Below the pieces are notes generated by a model, which saw only the letters and a program-made list of their open reading frames with translations, was not told the origin of the DNA and did not search any database. Position numbers and translations under genes: made by a program. From positions 25,358,001 to 25,422,000 of the forward strand of contig NC_091291.1 of the NCBI RefSeq assembly GCF_032444005.1: DNA of 64,000 nucleotides, read 5' to 3'. Shown piece after piece: positions 38,701 to 48,036 of this stretch (position 1 is the first letter of the stretch; every line of letters begins with the position of its first letter). The stretch comes from Ranitomeya imitator (lineage: Eukaryota).

Positions 38701-39977
38701 CAACCGCCGCAACGATGATGATGACGATTTCCCACCGCCACCTCCGCCGTATACCGAGAGCGAGTCTGTATCTTCACGAGGGAAGAAGCTGAAAAAGGTC
38801 AGTGTTGTTCCATACCCCACCCAGACAAAAAAAAAATAAGGGTGGTCCCAGAAAATTCCAAATACCGAACCATATTTTTTCCCCCTGAAAAGGCAAATTA
38901 GCAAATTTTCTCAATTCTTGCAGTCATGTCAGATTGACAGCTTTGGAATGAAGGGAAATCTGTCAGTCACAGTGCAGAGCGTGGCATGACTTCTGTCTGT
39001 GCTTCCTGCTCTGTCCCTTTAAGGTGTTTATCAGGGATGCGCTAGAACTTTGCTGATTAATGCAGCTCTCCTTGCCTTTCAAAATGGAAGAGTCCTCTGA
39101 TCTCCACCTACTAGGCTCTTTAGAGAACCAAAGAGTCCTATCATGTGGTTCCAGGACTAGCGCCACCCGGGGGCTATACGTGGTATTGCAGGTCAGAACC
39201 ATAAAGTCCACAGGGCTGAGCAGTGACGTTAATCAGCCCCACCGATGTGGTATTGGTGTAGGTCATGCATACCTCATGATCGGCTTAGCTGCGGGTGGCT
39301 CCGGCTTAGCTGCGGGTGGCTCCGGCTTAGCTGCGGGTGGCTCCGGCTTAGCTGCGGGTGGCTCCGGCTTAGCTGCGGGTGGCTCCGGCTTGGCTGCGGG
39401 TGGCTCCGGCTTGGCTGCGGGTGGCTCCGGCTTAGCTGCGGGTGGCTCCGGCTTAGCTGCGGGTGGCTCCGGCTTGGCTGCGGGTGGCTCCGGCTTGGCT
39501 GCGGGTGGCTCCGGCTTGGCTGCGGGTGGCTCCGGCTTGGCTGCGGGTGGCTCCGGCTTGGCTGCGGGTGGCTCCGGCTTGGCTGCGGGTGGCTCCGGCT
39601 TGGCTGCGGGTGGCTCCGGCTTGGCTGCGGGTGGCTCCGGCTTTGCTGCCGGTGGCTCCGGCTTGGCTGCGGGTGGCTCCGGCTTTGCTGCGGGTGGCTT
39701 CGGCTTTGCTGCGGGTGGCTCCGGCTTTGCTGCGGGTGGCTGCGGGTGGCTCCGGCTTTGCTGCGGGGGCTCCGGCTTTGCTGCGGGCGGCTCCGGCTTT
39801 GCTGCGGGCGGCTCCGGTTTTACTGACAGGTTCTGTCACCTCCATTGGGTTGTTGGGGTGCCATGAAAGGCGACAACCCTTTAAAGGCTTGTGCGGGGAA
39901 GGTTCCTGCTCTTCTCATCCTTTTCCTTTCCTTCTCTGCAGGGCGAAGCTCTGAGCCGGGAAAGTCTCATCGTGTGA
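23723..39977 (+). CDS. LSR: Lipolysis-stimulated lipoprotein receptor / angulin-1, 10 exons: join(23723..23777,28249..28587,28669..28788,32503..32559,35376..35522,37016..37174,37408..37464,37560..37688,38151..38797,39942..39977), 581 aa
   Basis: All introns are GT-AG with consistent phases; total 1746 nt. Contains the Ig domain ([19 protein letters not shown]...NNEAYAEL), TM plus Cys-rich [53 protein letters not shown] and C-terminal ALSRESLIV*, all diagnostic of LSR. Confidence 0.96.
24223..25620 (+). repeat. 43-bp minisatellite (~32 copies), LSR intron 1
   Basis: ctgctccatccattctgtatgggactgccgagcatacgcacat; degenerates toward the right end. Confidence 0.97.
25990..27470 (+). repeat. ~31-bp minisatellite, degenerate on the left, with a 259-bp internal duplication
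   Basis: tatatacggtgtattaggggggcggcattag; 26102 and 26361 segments duplicated. Confidence 0.9.
28249..28587 (+). CDS. LSR: LSR exon 2 (Ig domain N-part)
   Basis: tttgcag acceptor; [11 protein letters not shown]...[10 protein letters not shown]; donor A|GTAGGT. Confidence 0.95.
28669..28788 (+). CDS. LSR: LSR exon 3 (Ig domain C-part)
   Basis: 120 nt, [18 protein letters not shown]...AELMVL; donor G|GTAAG. Confidence 0.95.
28905..31680 (+). repeat. 86-bp satellite-like tandem repeat, LSR intron 3, interrupted by a MITE
   Basis: gtatgtacacagtgactgcaccagcagaatagtgagtgcagctctggagtataatacaggatgtaactcaggatcagtaatgtaat. Confidence 0.97.
30030..30846. mobile_element. Tc1/mariner-superfamily (pogo/Tigger-like) MITE
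   Basis: TIR cc(a/g)tatata(c)tcgagtataagccga at both ends; TA TSD at 30028-29 and 30847-48. Confidence 0.85.
32503..32559 (+). CDS. LSR: LSR exon 4 (57-nt juxtamembrane exon)
   Basis: tttag|GC AGA ACA TCA...ATG GAA G|gtaact = [19 protein letters not shown], similar to the mammalian GRTSGVAELLPGFQ exon as recalled. Confidence 0.85.
32711..33614. other. Assembly gap (904 N) in LSR intron 4
   Basis: Run of N. Confidence 1.
34080..34820 (+). repeat. 21-bp GC-rich minisatellite, LSR intron 4
   Basis: gccggctgcggagggagatgc repeated. Confidence 0.95.
35376..35522 (+). CDS. LSR: LSR exon 5 (TM and Cys-rich region)
   Basis: 147 nt, [33 protein letters not shown]... Confidence 0.97.
35935..36935 (+). 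repeat. ~40-bp minisatellite (~25 copies), LSR intron 5
   Basis: aaatctgtatgtagtgagctccctctagtggtggctgtat. Confidence 0.95.
37016..37174 (+). CDS. LSR: LSR exon 6
   Basis: [19 protein letters not shown]...; donor G|GTGAGG. Confidence 0.93.
37408..37464 (+). CDS. LSR: LSR exon 7
   Basis: [19 protein letters not shown]; donor G|GTAAG. Confidence 0.92.
37560..37688 (+). CDS. LSR: LSR exon 8
   Basis: [35 protein letters not shown]; donor A|GTAAGT. Confidence 0.95.
38151..38797 (+). CDS. LSR: LSR exon 9 (Arg/Asp-rich cytoplasmic tail)
   Basis: [12 protein letters not shown]...[10 protein letters not shown]...[11 protein letters not shown]...KKLKK; donor GTCAGT. Confidence 0.93.
39285..39820 (+). 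repeat. 21-bp GC-rich minisatellite, LSR intron 9
   Basis: gctgcgggtggctccggctt(a/g) repeated. Confidence 0.95.
39942..39977 (+). CDS. LSR: LSR exon 10 ([11 protein letters not shown])
   Basis: Pyrimidine tract + ctgcag acceptor; matches the recalled mammalian ending ALSRESLVV. Confidence 0.92.
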   Translation, partial: GEALSRESLIV

Positions 39978-40945
39978 ACACTGCTCAACAGCGACAACTT
40001 TTCAAAAAAAATTTTATCCTGGTGAAATCTGGAAGCCTTAATCGCCTCGAGTCTGCGGACAGCAGATCTTACAATGTGCTTTTGTCTTTTTAGGGTTTTT
40101 ATTGTTTTTTTAAAAAACCTTTTTTTTAATATAGGACAAAAGGATGAATGAGTACGACAATCCATTGTGTAATCGTAAACTGTAATAATTGCTATTTTTA
40201 GGGTAGAAATATAAAGTCTGAAATGGGGAATGTAAAAAAAAAAATCTAGAGATCCTATGGGGGGAGGGGGGGATGTACAGGAATAGAAAAACACGATTGT
40301 TTTCTTCCAGAAACAGTGCCTCACTCGTCCACAGACTATTTTTCGAATGATAACAAATTGGGTCCCCAGCAGGAAGAGAAATGCACTGGACTCGTGGCAG
40401 GTTTCACAGCAGCACAGAGTATTTTTTTTTCTACTCAAGCTTTATTTTGGAGGATAATGGCCTTTCTTCTGTAATTTAAATGTCTCGTGTCTTTTATCCA
40501 ACTATTATTTTTTTTTAATTTTTTTTTTTTTTTTTTACAGATAGTTTATTGTACTTTTTATCTTGATCATTGTTACACTATTTTTTTTCGATGCAGCTCT
40601 GGAGGTGACCGGAGCACTATATTAATGGCTGTCAGGGATTAGCTGCTGGGTTTATGTTATATAGATGATAGAAGGCCGCATCGGGTACAGAGGCTGCCAT
40701 AGTTGGCATCACAGATGGACGCTTTAATAATCGGAATATAAAAAAACTTTTTTTTTTTTAAATATTTTTTATTTTGTTTTACTCCTAAATACAAAGAAAT
40801 TGATCCCTTTAAGTGATCTTGTCCCGTGAGGCGGCTCCGGGCCGCTGCGGTCCGGTGTCCATGCTCTGGTGCCCCCACATTTCGCCGCACCCTGTGACAT
40901 CTCTGGTCACCCATGCACAGCTGTGAGTGATCAGATAGGAGGCTT

Positions 40946-40951
40946 AATAAA
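40946..40951 (+). terminator. LSR polyadenylation signal AATAAA
   Basis: AATAAA followed by a T/GT-rich tract ~1 kb after the stop. Confidence 0.6.
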
Positions 40952-40995
40952 GTTTTTGCATTTTTGTACTATTGTGTCCTTTTTGTTTTCTTTAA

Positions 40996-42888
40996 CCCCT
41001 TAGTGACAGAGAAAATTTGCAGCCTAATGACCGGGCCAATTTTTACAATTCTGGCCACTGTCACTTTATGAGGTTATAACTCTGGAACGCTTCAACGGAT
41101 CCCAGTGATTCTGACACTGTTTATTCGTGACATATTGTACTTCATGATAGTGGTAACATTTCTTCGATATTACTTGCCTTGATTTATGAAAAAAAGGAAA
41201 TATGGCGAAAATGTTTAAAATTTAGCAATTTTCAAATTTTGAAATTTTATGCCCTTAAATCACAGATATGTTACACAAAATAGTTAATAAATAACATTTC
41301 CCACATGTCTACTTTACATCAGCACAATTTTGGAAGAAAATTTTTCTTTTTTTTTTTGTTAGGAAGTTATAAGGGTTAAAAGTTGACCAGCGATTTCTCA
41401 TTTTTTCAACATTTACAAAACCATTTTTTTACGGACCACCTCACGTTTAAAGTCACTTTGAGGGGTCTATATGACAGAAAATACCCAAAAGTGACACCAT
41501 TCTAAAAACCGCACCCCCCAAGGTGCTCAAAACCACATTCAAGAAGATTATTAACCCTTTACATGCTTCACAGGAAGTTAAGAAATGTGGAAGGAAAAAA
41601 TTAACTTTTTTTTTTTTTTTATACAAACATTTTAATTAAGAACCAATTTTTTTAATTGTCACAAGTGTAAAAAGAGAAAATGAACAACAACATTCGTTGT
41701 GCAATTTCTCCTGAATACGCCGATATCCCATATGTGGGGGTAAACCCCTGTTTGGGCGCATGGCAGAGCTCGGAAGGGAAGGAGCGCCGTTTGACGTTTT
41801 CAATACAGAATTGGCTGGAATTGAGATCGGACGCCATGTCACGTTTGCAGAGCCCCTGATGTGCCTAAACATTGGAAACCCCCCCACAAGTGACACCATA
41901 TTGGAAACTAGACCCCCCAAGGAAATTATCTACATGTGTTGTGTGAACTTTGAACCCCCAAGTGCTTCACAGAAGTTTATAAAACAGCAGTGAAAATAAA
42001 AAAATATTTTTTTTTCACAAAAATGATTTTTTTAGCCCCCAATTTATTTTCCCAAGGGTAATGGGAGAAACTGGACCCCAAAAGTTGTCCAATTTGTCCT
42101 GAGTGTGCTGATACCCCATATGTTGGGGTAAACCCCTGTTTGGGCGCATGGCAGAGCTCAGAAGGGAGGGAGCACCAAATTGGCTGGAATCAATGGTGGA
42201 GCCATGTCGCGTTTGGAGACCCCCTGATAAACCTAAACAAAGAAAACCCCCAAATTCTAACTCCAACACACACCTAATCCCAACCCTAACCACAAACCGA
42301 ACCCTAATCCCCAATCTAAACCCTAATCCCAACTCTAACCCTAACTTTAGCCCATCTGTAACCCTAATTGGAAAATAGAAATAAATGCACTTTCTTATTT
42401 TTGCCTAACTAAGGGGGTGATAAGGGGGGGGGGGTTTATTTACTATTATTTTATTTTGATCACTGTGACCAAAATAAACCAATAGGAAATATCTTCCTAT
42501 TGTGGCTGGGTACCGACCAGCAGATCTCGGACGCACTGCGCATGTGCCCGCCATTTTCTTCCCAGGAGAAGATGGCGGCGCCTATGGGGGAAGCAGGAGG
42601 GCTGAGGAGCATCAGGAGGTATCGGGGGGGGGGGGGGGGATCTGGGACCCTATTTCTCGCTCCTCTGATATGCGATCACATCAGAGGAAAAAGAAATTAA
42701 ATGGCACATCAGACTTTATTTTTGCGGTCGCCGTTACACGGTTAATAACTTCGATCGCAAAACAGGGGTCGGTAAAAGCCGACCTGAATCATGTTCTGTG
42801 GCATCTCGGCTACCCCAGGCAGCAGAGACCTGGAGAAAACCGACTGGAGGCGCTATACACTTTATCTACAGCGGCGGTCATTAAGGGG
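40996..42888. mobile_element. Non-autonomous TTAA-specific DNA transposon (piggyBac/Kolobok-like)
   Basis: TTAA|ccccttagtgac ... gtcattaagggg|TTAA; no transposase ORF; internal CCCTAA-like stretch. Confidence 0.8.
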
Positions 42889-43019
42889 TTAATAACTTGA
42901 TTTTGCACAAGAAATCACAGATGATGTCTAATACCACAAGGACAGAGTTATTAGACACTAAAATTAAAAAAAGGAAATTGCTACAAAGACTGAAAAATCT
43001 CATGGATAAAAACTTAAAT

Positions 43020-43490
43020 CTTGTATTATACCCCAGAGCGGCACTCACTATTCTGCTGGTGCAGTCACTGTGTACATACATTACATTACTGATCCTGAGT
43101 TACCTCCTGTATTATACCCCAGAGCTGCACTCACTATTCTGCTGGTGCAGTCACTGTGTACATACATTACATTACTGATCCCGAGTTACATCCTGTATTA
43201 TACCCCAGAGCTGCACTCACTATTCTGCTGGTGCAGTCACTGTGTACATACATTACATTACTGATCCTGAGTTACATCCTGTATTATACCCCAGAGCTGC
43301 ACTCACTATTCTGCTGGTGCAGTCACTGTGTACATACATTACATTACTGATCCTGAGTTACATCCTGTATTATACCCCAGAGCTGCACTCACTATTCTGC
43401 TGGTGCAGTCACTGTGTACATACATTACATTACTGATCCTGAGTTACATCATGTATTATACCCCAGAGCTGCACTCACTATTCTGCTGTT
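43020..43490 (-). repeat. Same 86-bp repeat in the opposite orientation
   Basis: Reverse complement of the intron-3 unit. Confidence 0.95.
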
Positions 43491-43579
43491 TGCTCAGTGG
43501 CGGCCACAGTCATCAGGGGCCCCTGTGCAGTAACAGGCCCCCATGTTGCACCAGTGATGTGTCGCCCCTGTCTCTGTGC

Positions 43580-46500
43580 TGTTTGAGCATTCTCTCCGTA
43601 ATAACTACTGAACATAATGTAATAACTACCTCTCCTAGTGCACAATCCCCACTCCACAAACTCACCCTCGCAGAAATCTCAAACACCTCAACTTACAATC
43701 ACTCTCTGAGTCCCTTCTACCTCTCACAGACATAGCTTCCTTCCATGACCCAGATGCTGCTGCCACTTTTTATAACACCACAATAAAATCAACACTCGAT
43801 TCGGCCGCCCCGCTCATGCATAGCAAAACTCGTACACTCAACAGGCAGCCCTGGCTGACCAGCCTGACCAAAGAACTGAGACGGGCTTCCAGGATCGCTG
43901 AGCGGAGATGGAAGCGATCCTGCTCCGCTGACCACTTCACTGCATACAAGCAGTCCCTCACCAGCTTCAAGTCCACGCTCACTGCAGCAAAACAAACTTC
44001 TCATCTCTCATATCCTTCCTGTCTCACAACCCTAAACAGCTTTTCAACACTTTCAATTCTCTCCTCCATCCCCCAGCACCCCCTTCCTCTCCGATCATTT
44101 CTGCTGAAGACTTTGCCTCTTTCTTTAAGCAGAAGATCGATAACATCAGACAAAGATTTGGCCTGCAGCCCCCAATGCCCCGCCTCTTGACTTCTCAACC
44201 CCACTCCTCCAAAACCAGCTTCTCCACCATGACAGACGATCAGCTAACCACCCTTCTGTCAAGATCACATCTCACCACCTGCACGCTTGACCCGCTCCCG
44301 TCCCACCTCATCCCTAACCTTTCCACGGCCTTCATCCCAACCCTAACGCACCTCTTCAACCTCTCTCACAACAGGTGTCTTCCCCTCATCCTTCAAACAT
44401 GCCTCCATCACACCCATCCTCAAAAAACCGTCCCTCGACCCGTCCTCTGTGTCTAGCTATCGCCCGATATCTCTTCTACCTTATGTCTCAAAATTACTGG
44501 AACAACATGTCCATCTTGAACTGTCCTCCCACTTCTCCTCCTGCTCCCTCTTTGATCGGTTACAATCAGGCTTCCGACCCCATCACTCAACTGAAACTTC
44601 CCTAACTAAAGTCACCAATGACCTACTAACTGCCAGGAGCAAGCGACACTATGTCCTCCTTCTCCTGGACCTGTCTTCTGCCTTCGACACTGTGGACCAC
44701 TCTCTTCTGCTACAAATTCTCTCATCTCTTGGCATCACAGACTTGGCCCTATCCTGGATCTCATCATATCTAACAGACCGGACATTCAGTGTCTCCCTCC
44801 CCCACGCCACCTCCTCACCTCGCCCCTTGTCAGTCGGTGTTCCTCAAGGCTCTGTTCTAGGACCCCTACTCTTCTCCATCTACACTTTCGGCCTGGGACA
44901 GCTCATAGAATCCCATGGTTTACAATATCATCTCTACGCTGATGACACGCAGATCTACCTATCCGGACCCGACCTCACCTCCTTACTCACCAAAATCCCG
45001 CACTGTCTGTCTGCTATTTCAGCCTTCTTTTCTGGTCGCTTTCTAAAACTGAACATGGACAAAACAGAATTCATCATCTTTCCCCCATCTCACTCTACCC
45101 CTCCACCAGACCTATCCATCAATGTCAATGGCTCCTCACTTTCCCCAGTCCCACACGCCCGGTGCCTCGGGGTGATCCTCGACTCTGCCCTCTCTTTCAA
45201 GCCACATATCCAAGCCCTTGCCTCTTTCCGCCGACTCAAACTCAAAAATATTTCCCAGATCCGTGCATTCCTTGACCGCACCACAAAAACCCTAGTCCAT
45301 GCCCTCATCATCTCCCGCCTTGACTACTGCAACCTCCCACTCTCTGGCCTGCCATCTAACACTCTGGCACCTCTCCAATCTATTCTACACTCTGCTGCCC
45401 GACTAATCTACTTGTCTCCCCGCTATTCCCCGGCCTCTCCCCTCTGTCAATCCCTTCACTGGTTTCCTATCGCCCAGAGATTCCAGTTCAAAACCCTTAC
45501 AATGACATACAATAATAATAATAATAATTTTTATTTATATAGCGCCAACATATTCCGCAGCGCTTTACAAATTATAGAGGGGACTTGTACAGACAATAGA
45601 CATTACAGCATAACAGAAATACAGTTCAAAACAGATACCAGGAGGAGTGAGGGCCCTGCTCGCAAGCTTACAAACTATGGGGAAAAGGGGAGACACGAGA
45701 GGTGGATGGTAACAATTGCTTTAGTTATTCGGACCAGCCATAGTGTAAGGCTCAGGTGTTCATGTAAAGCTGCATGAACCAGTTATCTGCCTAAGTATGT
45801 AGCAGTACAGACACAGAGGGCTATTAACTGCATAAAGTGAATGAGAACATGATGCGAGGAACCTGATTGTGTTTTTTTTTTTTATATAAATAGGCCACAC
45901 AGGGATCGTTAGGTTAATGCATTGAGGCGGTAGGCCAGTCTGAACAAATGAGTTTTTAGGGCACGCTTAAAAATGTGGGGATTCGGGATTAATCGTATTA
46001 ACCTAGGTAGTGCATTCCAAAGAATCGGCGCAGCACGTGTAAAGTCTTGGAGACGGGAGTGGGAGGTTCTGATTATTGAGGATGCTAACCTGAGGTCATT
46101 AGCGGAGCGGAGGGCACGGGTAGGGTGGTAGACTGAGACCAGAGAGGAGATGTAGGGTGGTGCTGAGCCATGGAGTGCTTTGTGGATGAGGGTAGTAGTT
46201 TTGTACTGGATTCTGGAGTGGATGGGTAACCAGTGTAATGACTGGCACAAGGTAGAGGCATCGGTGTAACGGTTGGTGAGGAATATGATCCTGGCAGCAG
46301 CATTCAGGACAGATTGGAGCGGGGAGAGTTTGGTAAGAGGGAGACCGATTAGTAGAGAGTTACAATAGTCCAGACGAGAATGAATAAGTGAAACAGTCAG
46401 AGTTTTTGCAGAGTCGAAAGTAAGAAAAGGGCGAATTCTAGAAATGTTTTTGAGATGCAGGTAAGAAGAGCGAGCCAGTGATCGGATGTGGGGGGTGAAT

Positions 46501-47237
46501 GAAAGGTCAGAATCAAGGATGACCCCAAGGCAGCGGGCATGTTGCTTTGGAGTAATGGTGGAACCGCACACGGAGATGGCAATGTCAGGCAAAGGTAGGT
46601 TAATAGAGGGAGAGAACACGAGGAGTTCAGTTTTTGACAGGTTTAGTTTCAGATAGAGGGATGACATGATGTTAGAGACAGCGGTAAGACAATCACTGGT
46701 GTTTTCTAAAAAGGTCGGTGTGATATCAGGAGAAGAAGTGTATACAAAGCCATCCACAACCTGTCTCCTCCATACATCTGTGACCTCGTCTCCCGGTACT
46801 TTCCTGCACGCAACCTCCGATCCTCACAAGATCTCCTTCTCTACTCCCCTCTTATCTCCTCTCCCCACAACCGCATCCAAGATTTCTCTCGCGTATCCCC
46901 CCTACTCTGGAACCCTCTACCCCAACATATCAGACTCTCACCTACCATCGAAACCTTCAAAAAGAACCTGAAGACCCACCTCTTCCGACAAGCCTACAAC
47001 CTGAAGTGATCCTCAACGACTCAACCTACTGAACCACCGCACAACCTGCCCTACCCTCTCCTAGTGTATCCTCACCCATCCCCTGCAGACTGTGAGCCCT
47101 CGCGGGCAGGGTCCTCCCTCCTTATGTACTCGTGTGCCTTGTATTGCTCATATTTAATGTATTTGTCTATATTTGCACCCTATTCACATGTAAAGCGCCA
47201 TGGAATAAATGGTGCTTTAAAAATTAATAATAATAAT
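43580..47237 (+). mobile_element. Frameshifted L2-type LINE (RT region) with (AAT)n tail, split by a second LINE
   Basis: [46 protein letters not shown]; resumes at 46742; 3' tail aataataat at ~47222-47237. Confidence 0.92.
45513..46741 (-). mobile_element. 5'-truncated L2-type LINE nested in the older L2
   Basis: Intact 282-aa ORF2 C-terminal frame; (TAT)n tail at 45513; ATACAA duplicated at 45507-45512 and 46742-46747. Confidence 0.9.
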
Positions 47238-47639
47238 GTGCAGGTGATCGTGTGCTGCTTATAACTTGGGTCTGTGCTGTGAATTATCAGATAGTGGAAT
47301 CTGCCCAGAAGCTGCTCCGCTACCAATCGTCAGACCCAATAAATACCCCCCTGCGTCTGTTATTAATGGGGGCGCACATCTATGGCCTGGTTGTTGATTT
47401 GTATATACAGGTAGGTTGCAGATTTATATGGGGTACTCTAAGCAATTTATGAAAGTTTCACTGTTTACGAGGGGTTTCTCAGCCGGGCTTTACACCTGTC
47501 TGCAAATCTGTGCGATTGAGGAAACTTTCCTTTTGCAAATTTCAAAACTTAAAAAAAAAACTTTTTCCAAAAGTTATTTCTGCTCAGCTGCTCCCTCTGG
47601 TGGTTGATGACAGTCATTGACTCGCAGGATGATCGACGA

Positions 47640-47994
47640 GGCTAACACGTCACGTGGTCTGGCGGGGTCCATTTCAGTGCGCCTGCGTTGTCCGTCCTGT
47701 TTCATCATTTTATTCTTAGGCGCGTTTTCTGCCATTTGCTCTTTTCGTACACTATAAAGAGAGAAAAACAACCTGTCCTCGTTTTATCTTTGTGTGCCGG
47801 AACTTTCAGGCATATTCAAGGACAGCCTTCCCCCCCTATTACACCCTGTGCCGGAACGCTCAGGCGTTTATATAAGCCAGCCCTAAACAGGGCCCCAGCC
47901 AGTGACGTCAGAGGGGTCCTCGCCGTGTGTTCTTGTGACATTGTGTCGCAGTGAAGGAATCCGTGCGCACGGAGGAGACAGCGCGGCCGCCATC
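47640..47994 (+). promoter_or_regulatory. Promoter of the NDUFA4-like gene
   Basis: TATATAA at 47869-47875, perfect CRE TGACGTCA at 47903-47910, two CCGGAA ETS cores (~47797, 47851), CACGTG at 47651-47656, CpG-rich. Confidence 0.6.
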
Positions 47995-48036
47995 ATGTTC
48001 CGTACTATGCTCACCCACGCCCGCAAACACCCGAGT
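47995..48036 (+). CDS. NDUFA4: NDUFA4-like exon 1
   Basis: gccatcATG...CCG AGT|GTGAGT. Confidence 0.92.

Noticed and set aside
39060-39954. Gly/Ala-rich 268-aa ORF (GLAAGGS)n resembling an elastomeric protein
   Set aside because: 21-bp minisatellite in LSR intron 9; the true last exon is 39942-39977.
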